DNA of 62,282 bases, filler included, from 6 parts of 6 records of this genome joined end to end with filler, not necessarily neighbours in it, one strand, 5' to 3'; numbered from the whole stretch's first letter, positions 10,256 to 22,222 are shown. The notes: generated from the sequence alone by a model not told the origin. Translations and numbers: made by a program.

Positions 10256-11749
10256 ATGAAGAAAAAAAGAATTATACTTGTTAACTTTATGATTCCTTTT
10301 TTAATATTTACATGTGGTCAATCAGGTCCCGGAGAGTTTGAAAATAACACGGATATAGGTCAGATTTCTCTGCAAGGATCGGTCAAATTTGATTCCGGGA
10401 GACAGCAATATCTAATAACCGGCAGTGGCGAGAACATCTGGGGAACACAGGACGCGTTCCATTTTTTATGGCGTCAGGTTTCAGGTGATGTGACATTATC
10501 AACAAACGTGGTATGGCCGGGTGAGAACGGGCATGAGCATCGAAAAGCAGGGTGGATGATCCGGCAAAGTCTGGATCCGGATGCTCCCTATATTGATGCT
10601 GTGATACATGGCGATGGATTGACATCACTGCAATACCGTAAGCAAAAGGGCGGGCCTACTTTCGAGATTAAATCCACGATTCAAGCACCCGAATTGATAA
10701 TGCTGGAACGACACGGAGATCTGTTTACCCTGTCTGTCGCAGAAACAAGTGATATGTTTCATCCTGTGGGTAGTACACTATTGACATTTAACGATCCGGT
10801 TTATACAGGTCTTGTAGTCTGTTCTCACGATTCTACGAAAAGAGAAACTGCCATGTTTTCAAATGTAAAGTTGGAAAGTGCCGGAGTTTATCCGGACAGT
10901 GTGCGAGTGTTAGAGAGCACTTTGGAAACAATCGAGATAACCACTGGAAAACGACACATCGTTCACCGGGTGAAAGATCACATAGAAGCGCCAAATTGGG
11001 CACCCGATGGCAGGAATTTGATTTTTAACAGTCAGGGTAGTTTATATTCAATTTCAGTAGCAGGTGGTACACCTGAAAAAATTCCATCAGGAGAGGCCAA
11101 TCGTTGCAATAACGATCATGGTTTTTCACCGGATAGCAAGTTGCTTGCACTCAGTCATAATACTGAGGGCAGGGGATCGTTGATTTACGTCATACCAGCT
11201 TCCGGAGGCGAACCCAGGCTTGTTACAGAACAGGGACCGTCCTATTGGCATGGCTGGTCTCCGGATGGTAAGACACTGGCGTATTGCGCCAGACGAAATA
11301 ATGAATACGATATATATACAATCCCCATAGATGGCGGTAAAGAAAAACGGTTGACCACGGCAGCCGGCCTGGATGATGGCCCGGATTACTCACCAGACAA
11401 TAAATATATCTATTTTAATTCGGAACGCACAGGCTCCATGAAAATATGGCGCATGCTAACGAACGGCAAGCAACAGGAACAAGTCACCTTTGATGAAGAA
11501 TATGCGGACTGGTTTCCACATCCCTCACCGGATGGCAAATGGATCGTTTTTCTCTCTTACGACAAATCTGTGCAAGGTCATCCTGCAAATAAACAGGTCA
11601 CGTTGCGTATTATGCCCGTTACTGGCGGGCAACCACGGATATTGACGCATTTATTTGGTGGCCAGGGAACCATAAACGTACCTTCATGGTCACCGGACAG
11701 TCAGAATGTTGCTTTTGTAAGTTATCGGCTTTTAGCGAATCAACAGTAA
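10256..11749 (+). CDS. TolB-like PD40 beta-propeller protein with N-terminal jelly-roll-like domain
   Basis: Repeated W/F/Y-S-P-D motifs (WAPDG, FSPDS, WSPDG, YSPDN, PSPDG, WSPDS). Confidence 0.85.
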   Translation: MKKKRIILVNFMIPFLIFTCGQSGPGEFENNTDIGQISLQGSVKFDSGRQQYLITGSGENIWGTQDAFHFLWRQVSGDVTLSTNVVWPGENGHEHRKAGWMIRQSLDPDAPYIDAVIHGDGLTSLQYRKQKGGPTFEIKSTIQAPELIMLERHGDLFTLSVAETSDMFHPVGSTLLTFNDPVYTGLVVCSHDSTKRETAMFSNVKLESAGVYPDSVRVLESTLETIEITTGKRHIVHRVKDHIEAPNWAPDGRNLIFNSQGSLYSISVAGGTPEKIPSGEANRCNNDHGFSPDSKLLALSHNTEGRGSLIYVIPASGGEPRLVTEQGPSYWHGWSPDGKTLAYCARRNNEYDIYTIPIDGGKEKRLTTAAGLDDGPDYSPDNKYIYFNSERTGSMKIWRMLTNGKQQEQVTFDEEYADWFPHPSPDGKWIVFLSYDKSVQGHPANKQVTLRIMPVTGGQPRILTHLFGGQGTINVPSWSPDSQNVAFVSYRLLANQQ

Positions 11750-11816
11750 ATTTTTTTAAACTCCGCAAATGTTTGTGTTATGGAAATCGAATAATCAATG
11801 CTGGAGGGTTGATGTT

Positions 11817-13880
11817 ATGTGGAAAAAATATCCTGTTTTGACCGTTTTTCTGATTGTTTTTTTATTACAACAAATAGTAATCGCTCAAAGTAAGGAATTG
11901 GGTGCCGACATTTATGCTTTTCTGGACAAAAACGTATGCAGCGAAAATACAATCAAAGAAAATTTCACCACATTTGTTGGCAGCCGAATACCATCTCTGG
12001 AGTTTCCCGAACCGGAAAACTATGACAACTGGGCTGATAGTACAAGACAGCGTTTGATACAGGATTTTTATTTAAAGAATGTTCCTCAAGCCTGGATTAA
12101 TCATCCGCTGAATGTTAAAGACGTTGATGTTATTGAATACAAAGAGTACACCATAAAGAAGATTATTTATGAATGTCTACCCGGATTAAAAATTCCGGCT
12201 TTGCTTTATATGCCTAAAATGCTGAATGGCAAAGCACCCATGGTTTTGAATGTGAACGGTCACTTTAGCAAAGAAGGTAAAGCGCTCGAGTCCAAGCAAA
12301 TTCGCTGTATTAACCTGGCGAAAAAGGGTGTGATCGCTCTCAGTCCTGAATGGATGCGAATGGGTGAATTGTATTGCCCGGAAAATTCACATCATAATGG
12401 GTATTATCTGGAATTACTGGGCAAAAGTGGTGTCTCTGTTTTTTATTTACAATTGAAAAAGGCAGTGGATCTATTGTGCCAACTCGAAAATGGCGATCTC
12501 TCCAGACTTGCTGTTACTGGACTTTCTGGCGGCGGATGGCAGACAATTACCATCGGGGCCATGGATACACGTATTACTCATATTATCCCGAATGCCGGTT
12601 ATGATGGCATGCTTGTACGTGTTCTTAACAGTCGTGATATTGGTGATTTTGAGCAGGCTCCCAGTGATATGATGTTGTTCGGCGATTACACACATCTGAC
12701 CGCTCTTTTAGCACCCCGTCCCGCACTTTTGATCTATAATAAATTTGATGACTGTTGTTTTCGTAGTTATCGGGCCAAAATGTCCGTCTATGATCCGATC
12801 TTACCTTTTTATGAGAAACGTGGAGTAAAGGATGATTTTCAGTTTCATGAAAATGTGGATCCGGGTACTCATAATTATGGTCTTGATAATCGACAGCAAT
12901 TTTATAAATTCCTCAATCCGGATTTTGGTACCGGAGATAAGGATTGGGGGATGGAAATAAAGTGCGATAACGAACTTTTAACAATAGAAAAAGCGCGTGT
13001 CGGTGTTCCGGAAAATAATGCCACGCTCTTATCCCTGGCGCAGGATTTTTTACCGGATTTTCCACAAAAACCACTTGCTTCTTCATCCTTACAAAAATGG
13101 ATACCAGATGCATTGCTGGAAATGGAAGAGACAATCCGACTTTTACCCATGTCTGCAACAAAAGTGGAACGGGATAATATTGTTCTAAAACAAAATGAGA
13201 AATCAAAAGAATATTTATCCTTATCGCAGCAGATTTATCAGATTAACCAGCATGAATGGCAGGTCCCTGCTGTGAAAATAGCCAGTGAGAAATCTGACAG
13301 CAGCAAGGTTATTTATTTTATTGCTGATAATGGGAAAAATAAAGTCACCGAATTCAGCGACCCATGGCTGGCAGCGGGATACACTGTTATTGCCCTGGAT
13401 CTGTTCGGATTCGGAGAACAAAAAGTTCCTTATAACAACGATTCTCAGGGTCATATGTTGATCAGTACGGTTGGTGAGCGATCGTTAGGGATTGCTGTAT
13501 CTCAACTAAACGCAATCATTCAGGCAACAGGAGCCGGGGAAACAGGTGTTGTGGCAAATGGAAAAACGTGTTCTGTTATCGGTGTATTGGCTGCGGCTCT
13601 GAATGAGAATACGACTGTTGATTTTGTCGAGGTATATGATATCCCAATATCGCTCAAGCAACTTTTGGCAGAGAATAATTTGTTCCAAAAATACCCCATG
13701 CTGTATTGCTTTGGTCTTCTGGAAAATTATGATGTACGTGAATATCTGGCCATGGCTGGTTCAAAAACATCGGTATCTGTCAGGTCCGTCTGGGGCGATA
13801 AAAATAAACTAGATGAAAATTGGAAAGGAGTGGATGAGGTTTATAAAACATATGGTAATAAAGTATCAATAGCACAGTGA
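11817..13880 (+). CDS. Secreted alpha/beta hydrolase (acetyl xylan esterase-like)
   Basis: Signal peptide; IPALLYMP, GLSGGG nucleophile elbow, LLAPRPALL. Confidence 0.7.
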   Translation: MWKKYPVLTVFLIVFLLQQIVIAQSKELGADIYAFLDKNVCSENTIKENFTTFVGSRIPSLEFPEPENYDNWADSTRQRLIQDFYLKNVPQAWINHPLNVKDVDVIEYKEYTIKKIIYECLPGLKIPALLYMPKMLNGKAPMVLNVNGHFSKEGKALESKQIRCINLAKKGVIALSPEWMRMGELYCPENSHHNGYYLELLGKSGVSVFYLQLKKAVDLLCQLENGDLSRLAVTGLSGGGWQTITIGAMDTRITHIIPNAGYDGMLVRVLNSRDIGDFEQAPSDMMLFGDYTHLTALLAPRPALLIYNKFDDCCFRSYRAKMSVYDPILPFYEKRGVKDDFQFHENVDPGTHNYGLDNRQQFYKFLNPDFGTGDKDWGMEIKCDNELLTIEKARVGVPENNATLLSLAQDFLPDFPQKPLASSSLQKWIPDALLEMEETIRLLPMSATKVERDNIVLKQNEKSKEYLSLSQQIYQINQHEWQVPAVKIASEKSDSSKVIYFIADNGKNKVTEFSDPWLAAGYTVIALDLFGFGEQKVPYNNDSQGHMLISTVGERSLGIAVSQLNAIIQATGAGETGVVANGKTCSVIGVLAAALNENTTVDFVEVYDIPISLKQLLAENNLFQKYPMLYCFGLLENYDVREYLAMAGSKTSVSVRSVWGDKNKLDENWKGVDEVYKTYGNKVSIAQ

Positions 13881-13941
13881 GTGCTTTGTTTTATTTGAAA
13901 ATCCTGCTGCCTGTTAAAAGCACATCAAAGGAAAACAAAAC

Positions 13942-14298
13942 ATGTCCATTCTTCATAACACCAAAGATGCCATTACATCAGGACTAATAAAAAAGGCACT
14001 TTCATCCAAATTGGAAGAATATGGAATTCTGACGGACTTTATTATTAATTCCACAGAAAGAACGATAACTCTGAAAATATTTCTTAAGGAAGAGGAAGAA
14101 AAGACGGAAATATTTGTTTCTGATTTCGAATTAGTAAAGATAAATGAAAAGACCTGGTTTTCATTTGCAGCCCTTCACACATCCAAGGAATGGCTCAATG
14201 TGATGATAAACAACCGGTTAATAAAACCCATTCAGAATAACCGAATAGAGATACCCGATAAATACACCTATCTGGCACAACTTGTATTTTCCACATAG
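13942..14298 (+). CDS. Hypothetical protein
   Basis: 118-aa ORF with SD AAGGA, co-oriented with neighbours. Confidence 0.6.
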   Translation: MSILHNTKDAITSGLIKKALSSKLEEYGILTDFIINSTERTITLKIFLKEEEEKTEIFVSDFELVKINEKTWFSFAALHTSKEWLNVMINNRLIKPIQNNRIEIPDKYTYLAQLVFST

Positions 14299-14351
14299 TG
14301 TTTTCGTCATTTAAATAACAGACTGATAAACTCGAGAAAAGGAGTCATTTT

Positions 14352-15716
14352 ATGACAAAATCACGCCGTAATTTTGTAAAAAAAATGTCTCTTGGATTAG
14401 CTGCCGCGTATTCCTCACCGATATTTGCCCAGATTGCCGGAGAACGTCCACAAAACAAGGCTGAGGACGTTCAGGTGATAAATCCTCAAAATCGTGTCCC
14501 CCTAAGTTTTATAATTGACGATTCAACCTGTCTGGTGAATATGGCTCATTTTGCCATTCCCCAGTTTGCCGAAGTATTTCCCGAGCGTTATAAACAACCC
14601 TGGAAGAGCTTGCCCCGTGAAATTCCGGATTCTTTTGTACGAACATTCGGTGAGTGGTGTCATGAAAACGGGGTGAAAGGCAAGTACAGCATTGTGCCGT
14701 ATCCGGCTTGTGTTGGCTGGGTGGACAGAGATATGCCCGGCTGGTCAAAAAAAGACCTGGAGGCCAGTCTTGATCTGGTGCGCACCCTGATGCTGCCAGA
14801 CTGGGATATCCATCCGGAAATGGTCAGCCATACCTGGGCTATCAACACAAAAACCGGCCGCGCATTCCAGGAACGCACTCTGAATTACATGGAAAACTGG
14901 GGCTGGAGTGTTGGCAAGTCTGTTGATGAATTAGCAGATTATATGCGTTACGCATTAACTATTCTTAAAAATGTCGGATTACCCTGCGAAGGCATTACTA
15001 CACCAGGTGGATTTGGTACAAAAGTTTTAGCCGAACTGGCCCAGGCAACGCTGCATTCTTGTCAAGATGTGTATCAGGCTGAAATACCGCATTATTTCCG
15101 TCATCTTTATACGGATGAAACCAGTGTGGTGCCGCGGGTTGAATACGCGTCCGGTTTGAATAGTGCTGATCCGAAATGTGTGGTGTCCATCATCGGCTGT
15201 ACCGGTGACTGGTTTGGCGGCTGGGATGGACTTAAACCTGGCTCTGTGGATAAATTGATCACAGAAGATTTAAAAGGTGGTCGTCTCCCGGAAATTATTA
15301 AAAGAGGTGAACCAGCCATAATGGTCTGTCACTGGCCAGGTATCTATTACAATGGGGATGAAATTGGTTTTAATATATTCAAAAAAGCTGTTCGTCGGTT
15401 ACAGAGTGGTTATGATAATTTAATATGGATGAAACTAAGCGACATTTCCCGTTACTGGGCTGCCAAAGAGCTCACCCGGATCAACAGGAAAGAGAATGTG
15501 ATTCATTTTAAAGCCCCATTTTCGACATCAAACTTTACAATTAAATTCAAAACTAAAAATAGCGCTGGTCCAAAATTGATCGTTCAGAATCAATCCATTC
15601 CACTTGAAAAAATAACAAATGTTTTGAAACTGAAAAGTGGCTGCTGGTTCGAGGATAAACAAAAAAAGTTGGTTTGTTTTGATTTACCAAAAGGGGAATC
15701 GCAGATAGTTGTTTGA
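14352..15716 (+). CDS. Tat-exported hypothetical protein, possibly NodB/polysaccharide-deacetylase-like fold
   Basis: SRRNFVK signal; SD AAGGAG; IIDD and His-containing (HPEMVSH, VCHW) motifs. Confidence 0.5.
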   Translation: MTKSRRNFVKKMSLGLAAAYSSPIFAQIAGERPQNKAEDVQVINPQNRVPLSFIIDDSTCLVNMAHFAIPQFAEVFPERYKQPWKSLPREIPDSFVRTFGEWCHENGVKGKYSIVPYPACVGWVDRDMPGWSKKDLEASLDLVRTLMLPDWDIHPEMVSHTWAINTKTGRAFQERTLNYMENWGWSVGKSVDELADYMRYALTILKNVGLPCEGITTPGGFGTKVLAELAQATLHSCQDVYQAEIPHYFRHLYTDETSVVPRVEYASGLNSADPKCVVSIIGCTGDWFGGWDGLKPGSVDKLITEDLKGGRLPEIIKRGEPAIMVCHWPGIYYNGDEIGFNIFKKAVRRLQSGYDNLIWMKLSDISRYWAAKELTRINRKENVIHFKAPFSTSNFTIKFKTKNSAGPKLIVQNQSIPLEKITNVLKLKSGCWFEDKQKKLVCFDLPKGESQIVV

Positions 15717-15761
15717 TCTGGGAAAGAAAATAGTGGTTGTTTTTTTCTGCTTTTCTTTGTT

Positions 15762-16796
15762 ATGTTGATGTCTTTGGTTATCTGCCAGAAAAAATTGCAA
15801 CAGACGGGTCAGGATAATAGCGATATTCTGACTCCAAACGGTATAAATTCTTTGGAAAAAATAACATTGGGAGGTTTAGATCAGTGGATACTCATCCGCG
15901 GGTGGGATAAATCCAATCCTGTTTTGTTGTTTTTGCATGGTGGTCCCGGAGCACCCTTGTTTACTTATGCCCGTGAAATTGGTATTCAGTCAAAGCTGGA
16001 ACAGCACGTTGTTATGGTCTACTGGGAACAGAGAGGAACAGGAAAATCTTTTGATCCCTCCATTCCTGAAGAATCCATGACCATCGATCAATTCGTTATT
16101 GATACCTGTGAACTTGCAGAGATGCTGAAAAAACGATTTGGTAAGCAGAAAATAGTTCTTGTCGGACGTTCGTGGGGCAGTTTGATTGGATTACAAGCGA
16201 TTCATCAACATCCGGATCTGTTTTATGCCTATGTTGGTATTGGACAAATGCTGAATCCTTTGGAAAACGATAGTTTATCCTTTGAACAAACCCTTGAAAT
16301 GGCGAATAAACGGGGAAATAAAAAAGCTATTAAAGAGCTGCAGAATATTGGTTACCCGCCTTATGATTATGAGGAATTAATTATTCAGCGAAGGTGGCTG
16401 ACCAATTTTTATCAAAAATTCATGAAAGAAAAATTCAATCAAAATCGACCACACTATTGGAAAAGGTTACTCTCAACACCGGAATATACCTTGTTTGATA
16501 TTTTTAAAATGGGCTTGGACCCGTTTTTCTCCATAAAACATCTGTGGAACAACGATCTCTATAAAATTAATCTGTTTGATCAGGTACCTCAGTTGGACAT
16601 CCCTGTCTGGTTTCTGGCCGGTCGATACGATTTTTTTACGCCATCTGAAATAGTTGAAAGGTATTATCAGGATGTGCTGGCCCCACATGGAAAGACACTT
16701 GTCTGGTTAGAAGAATCCGGGCATGAACCGGAATTACAGGAACCGGAAAAATTTAGTCGTATTATGATCGATCAGGTATTAACGCACGTAAAATAG
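15762..16796 (+). CDS. Alpha/beta-fold hydrolase (proline iminopeptidase-like)
   Basis: FLHGGPG, GRSWG nucleophile, GRYD, ESGH. Confidence 0.85.
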   Translation: MLMSLVICQKKLQQTGQDNSDILTPNGINSLEKITLGGLDQWILIRGWDKSNPVLLFLHGGPGAPLFTYAREIGIQSKLEQHVVMVYWEQRGTGKSFDPSIPEESMTIDQFVIDTCELAEMLKKRFGKQKIVLVGRSWGSLIGLQAIHQHPDLFYAYVGIGQMLNPLENDSLSFEQTLEMANKRGNKKAIKELQNIGYPPYDYEELIIQRRWLTNFYQKFMKEKFNQNRPHYWKRLLSTPEYTLFDIFKMGLDPFFSIKHLWNNDLYKINLFDQVPQLDIPVWFLAGRYDFFTPSEIVERYYQDVLAPHGKTLVWLEESGHEPELQEPEKFSRIMIDQVLTHVK

Positions 16797-17067
16797 AGAT
16801 AAAATCAGATTGCCAACTATATTACTGGTTTTTGTTTTAAAATAGAGCCATAGAGAATATGATCATCCAGCATATTCATGCTGGACGGGTAAATGAACAG
16901 GAATATTAATTCCAACCGGCCTAAAATAGCATAGGGAGTTAAGCCAAACCTGTGAATGCCATCAGGTCTCGTGTCTCTTTAGGCTATAATGTTTTTTCTG
17001 GATCAGTTTGGATAAATATCCGTAATTATTCGTGAGGCCAGGATGAATATCCTGGTCTATCACGTAT

Positions 17068-17167
17068 NNNNNNNNNNNNNNNNNNNNNNNNNNNNNNNNN
17101 NNNNNNNNNNNTTAATTAATTAANNNNNNNNNNNNNNNNNNNNNNNNNNNNNNNNNNNNNNNNNNNN
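17068..17167. other. Artificial contig linker
   Basis: 44 N + TTAATTAATTAA (stops in six frames) + 44 N. Confidence 0.99.
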
Positions 17168-19888
17168 GGATAGGCCTTGCCGGTCGTGTTGGAAATGACG
17201 GTGGTATCGTTGGGTGTCAATACGGCGGATTCCACTTTGGATGCAAAGGGCTCGGCCGCCCGCTCAACAAGTTTGCTGTGGAACGCCGCAGCCACAGGAA
17301 GTTTGACGCCCCTCATTTTCTTTTTTTGCACGCGTTACCGGCCCGCTTGATTTCTTCCGTGGTGCCGGATAAAACGCCTTGCTCGTGGCTGTTACGATTG
17401 GCAAGGATCAGATCCAACTTTTCTTCTTCAATCAGCGTTTCAATGGTTTTCAACGGCGCTTTGAGTGCCATCATGCTTCCGGCATCCCCTCGGGCGGCAG
17501 CCGCTTCAGCCATATATTTTCCCCGGTTTCCGGCAAGGGAGAAGAAGGTTTTGTCATCCATCCATCCGGCAGCACAAAGCGCCGTCAGTTCGCCAAAGCT
17601 GTGACCGCAAGCGGCATCCGCCTCAATGCCGAATCGTTTTAGGATTTTGGCCATGGCCAGACTCACCGAACCGATGGCCGGTTGAGCGATCCGGGTTTGT
17701 CTCAACCGCTCTTCACACGATTTGGGATCTTCCAAATAGGCTGGAGGCGGAAAGATGGCTTCCGGCAGTGTCGTTTCCGCGAGAAGCGGGGCGGGGCCGG
17801 AACTCAGAGTGTTGTGGGCCGCCTCAAGGGTCTTTGACGCTTCCGGAAAAATGGAGATCAACTCCCGGCCCATTCCGGTATATTGACTTCCCTGGCCGGG
17901 AAAGAGGAAGGCCGTTTTTCCGATGTGCTTTCCCGAGCCGAAAAAGATGCCCTCTTTTTCCATGTTGTTGAGATGTTTTGTTATGTCAAACGCGATATCC
18001 GATTCCTTACCCTTTTTTCCCTTTGCGGGATCATTTTTATCGGCTTGAAGATCGGTCAGAAAAGAAATTGCAGAGAGGCATTTGTCAAGGGGATTTTCGA
18101 CATCAGAGATCATCATCAGCAAACGATAGGGATCAGACGAATTGAAAGCATGTCTGCTCTTGGCAGTTTGCCACGCCAGAATCCGGTCGCTCTCCAAACT
18201 ATCCCAAGTGGTCGGGATCGGCTGTGTTGGCGGCGTCAACTCATTTTGGAACTGATGGACGGCGGTTTTCAATCCGTCCAACGTCTCATTGGAGAATGCG
18301 GCGATCTGAATTGTGCCGTCCCAGGCAACATGATCTTTCAGATTTGAATATTCCTCCAATACCGCATGGAAATTGCTGCCGCCGAATCCAAAGGCGCTGA
18401 CGCCCGATCTTCTGGGATGCTCCCCGGATGCGGTCCATGGCTTGGAGCGATCATTGAGATACAGTGCGCTGTTTTCAATGCCCAGTTCCGGGTCTGGTTT
18501 ATCCGCTTTCAGCGTGGGGGGAATCACCTGATTGTAAATGCTCAGCACCGATTTGATCAATCCGGCAACTCCGGCAGCGGCTTTGGCATGTCCGATCATT
18601 GATTTTACGGATCCTAAAGCAGCTCTATTTTTTTTCGTTAGTTTGAGAGGTTGCGTCGTTGTATTTGAAAGAGTTTTCTCGTCCGTTTTTTCGGATGCCG
18701 TTTCTGGGTTATCGGGTGCTGTTTTAGATTTTTCGGGTGCGGTTTTTGATTTATCAGATCCCGTTTTAGAATTTGATTCGGAAACGAGTTTGTTAAGGGC
18801 GGAAAATTCGATTTTGTCCCCCACACGGGTTCCTGTCCCATGGGCTTCGAACAGCTCGACTGTCGAAGGATCGATCCTGGCCCGTTCATAAGCGGACGTC
18901 AACGCCCGGAACTGACCATCACTGTCAGGCGCATAGATTCCCCCGGTCTTTCCATCGCTGGATGTGCCGATTCCCCGGATGACGGCATAAATTCTATCGT
19001 TGTTCCGTTTTGCATCTTCAAGGCGTTTCAGCACCACCATCCCGATCCCTTCCCCAAGCACGGTACCGTCGGCATCTTTGGAAAAGGGCTTTGCATCGCT
19101 GGTGTGGGAGAGAACGCCGGTTTTTGAAAAGCACATATGCATGAAGATGTCGTTCAGCGTATCGACGCCACCGGTCAGGGACATGTCACATCGGCCGGTC
19201 TGAAGCTCAAGGCAAGCCGTATGAACGGCACTCAGAGAGCTGGCGCATGCCGCATCCACGACACTGTTGGTGCCCCCCAGATCAAGGCGGTTGGCAATCC
19301 GTCCGGCCACCACATTTCCCAATAGGCCCGGAAATGAGTTTTCCTGCCATTGGGGAAATTTATTTGATATCCGCTGGAGGATTTCACATCGCTTCTCTTC
19401 GGGAATGTCGGCTTCTTCAAGTGCCTTTTTCCAGTGCGGATGGTAGAGCCGCGCCCCCAGGGGAATGACTAGTTCCTGAGTCCCGGTGACCCCTAAAAGG
19501 ATGTTGGTTCTTCGTTTAAGTTCTTGAGTGAACTGCGGGGACTTCACCGGGTATCCGGCATCTTCCAATGCCATTTCAGCCACCGTAAGTCCCAACAGCT
19601 GAGACGTATCCGTGGCATCAAGATTATTGGGGGAAAGCTGTATCGGGCGGGATCGAAATTGATTTTCGGTAAAAATCCGCCACGGGTGCAGTAGGTGCGA
19701 TCCGGTGCGGAAGGGTTTTCATCAAAGTAGTCCTTCAGGGCCCAATGGCTCTTTTCAGGGATATCGGTAATGGCATCTTTACCGTTGAACAGCAAGCGCC
19801 AGTATTGTTTCAGTCCTATCGCTTTGGGAAAAACGGCTCCCATGCCGATGATGGCAATGGCGTCGGTATTGGGCAAAACAGTCCTCAT
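17168..19888 (-). CDS. pfaA: PfaA-like iterative type I PKS/PUFA synthase (KS-AT), 3'-partial, two homopolymer frameshifts
   Basis: IAIIGMG, DAACASS, HGTGT, GSVKSMIGH, FPGQGSQY, GHSFG, AAFHS; frames rejoin at G5 19629-19633 and T7 17321-17327. Confidence 0.85.
18687..18770 (-). repeat. 4 x 21-bp coding tandem repeat (SKTGSDK/SKTAPEK/SKTAPDN/PETASEK) inside the KS domain
   Basis: Units start at 18687, 18708, 18729 and 18750. Confidence 0.85.
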
Positions 19889-20402
19889 TTCGGGGAGTTG
19901 TTGAAGAAATCAGGTTAAAATCAATCGAAGTAAAGTCTATCGTTCTTTAACGATCAGTCATGTCACTGATACAGTGCAACAGCTCAAAAATTGATCTTAA
20001 ATTTAATAACTATTTTAAAATACCTTCATCCTTATGTAAAAAGGGGAGAAATTTGTAGGGATAAGAGGGGATTTGACAAAAATTTTACAATGGAAGACAA
20101 TCACCACATTTTCGGCATCGGTTTTTGAACTTTTTAAAAGAAAGCGCTGCCGATCCATATCGTACTATGCCTGCCAAGGATTTGTATTGCATGGGCCACT
20201 TTGGAATTCCATGTACCGGCGCTTAGTCTCATCCAGGATAGTGGCAAATCATATTTCACATAATCCCCTTTATTATCCCCGGTAATCTCCGATTCCAGTC
20301 AAATATTTCCACCTGTGCAAGTTCATAAAAAAAACGGCCTGGTCACAAATGGAAGCACAGGCCGATTGAGTTGATGAGAAAATTTCGGGGCTGAAAATGC
20401 GC

Positions 20403-22222
20403 TTATGCACTGAGAGCTCGAAGCGTCTCTTGTTCCATGGGACGAAATGTGCCGCACTGTCCATCCAATTGAACCCCCTGGCTTCGAAGCCAGCCCATAC
20501 GGGTACAAACCGAAGCCCCAACCAATAGGTTCAATGCAATGTCCGCCACGTGTCGGTTCTCGCTTTTCTCCAGGAAAGATCCCTTGACCCACTGATTGAA
20601 CGCTCCCATGGCAGGACCGCACCAGATTTGGTAATCCATGCGTCTGTCCGGATCACCGGATATGGACCAGCGGGAAGAGAGCCCGAGATAAGATCGAAAC
20701 ACCAAGGACATTTTATGACGGGGATCTGAAGCGGCCCGCTCCAGCTCCTTGGGATTTCGGGCTTTAAAAAGGCTTCGGTTTCCACCCATTTTTCCTTAAA
20801 GCTCGATTGCAGATACTTCTCTTCGATCTCCTGCTGAAGTTTGGGAGGCACCGCCTCAAATGAGTCATAGGCTTTATAGGTCTGATAGAGCTTTTCCGCC
20901 CTGATGGCAAACATGGTTCCCCGTTTCAGTACCTGCACCTTGGCACCGATTTCGAACATGTCTGCAGCAGGGGCCATGGCCACATCCGCTTGTTCCGCCT
21001 GGGCAAGCAGTGTCCGGACAATCTCCGAAGTTCCCGACTCCACACATGATTGATTGATGGAGCCGGTCAAAATATAGGCGGCGCCCATCTGAAATGCGGC
21101 AGCCGCAGATTCCGGTGTGGCGATTCCACCGGCAAGTCCCACACAGAGTGGTTCCCGGTATTGGTATTGTTCATTGAATTCATCTCTCAATGCCAGCATG
21201 GTGGGAAGTAGGGCAATGGCCGGTCTGTTGTCTGTATGTCCACCGGAATCGGCTTCGGCAGTGAGATCCTGGGCCATGGGAATGGATGGGGCCAGAGCGG
21301 CTTCATGGGGGGTAATCAAGCCCCTCTCAAGCAGTTCATTGACCAGTTTTTCCGGCGGTGGTGCAAAAAATTGTCTGGCCACCTCAATCCGGGATACCTT
21401 GGCAACAATCCGATTGGGCGTGTGGATTCGCCCCTCCATGTCCCTGTAAATCCCCTTGAGTCGAAAGTAAACAAGGGGCAGAGTGATCCGCATGAACGCC
21501 GCTGCACTGATGCAGCGCACCCCATAACGAAGGTAGAGGTCCACCACTGCCATCTCAAGTTCCGGATCACCATGGGAATGAATCAGGTTGAATCCCCAGG
21601 CCGGTTCCCCGGACGGTTGGGAAAGGGAGTCGTTTTCCGTTTCTGAGTGTTGGCAATCGTAAGGCTGCATGGGGGGAAATGATGATGAGGATGGGCCTTC
21701 CAATGGCAGCCCTAAATTTTGTTTCATTCTGATGATCGCCTTTTCCACATCCGATAGAGAAAGGCCGCCGGAGCCGAAAAAACCCATCATGCCGTTTTGG
21801 GCCATGGCTTTAACCATTTGGGTCGAGGTGATGCCGTTGGCCATGGCACCGGCAATATAAGGATACTTAAGACCATGTCGTTGTTTGAACCCACTGTCGC
21901 CCAATTGCTCCAAGGGAAGGGGAGGGGCATAGGCGAGAAGATTATAGTGGGGAGGATACTTGCCATCGCATTGGTTCGAAGGCTTGGGAGCTCCATTTTC
22001 ATCCAAATCAGCTGTTGCGTTTTGGGACGATCCGCCGGATGGCGTGTGATTTAAAATTGCTTTGCCGTTGGTAGCTGCTGCAGGATCACCGTTGTCATCG
22101 ATGATAAATATGGGATCGTTAAGTGCCAGAAGTGCCTGATTGATGCCGTCCGCATCGGTACGGATTACTTCCCGGTTTTCCTGAAACCAGGTTCCTTTCG
22201 ATAAAACAGATGGTGGGGTCAT
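20403..22222 (-). CDS. pfaD: PfaD family FMN-dependent enoyl reductase, one homopolymer frameshift
   Basis: YIAGAMANGI, AEADSGGHTDNRP, APAADMFE.GAKVQVLKRG, DYQIWCGPAMGAFN; frames rejoin at A5 20766-20770. Confidence 0.92.
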
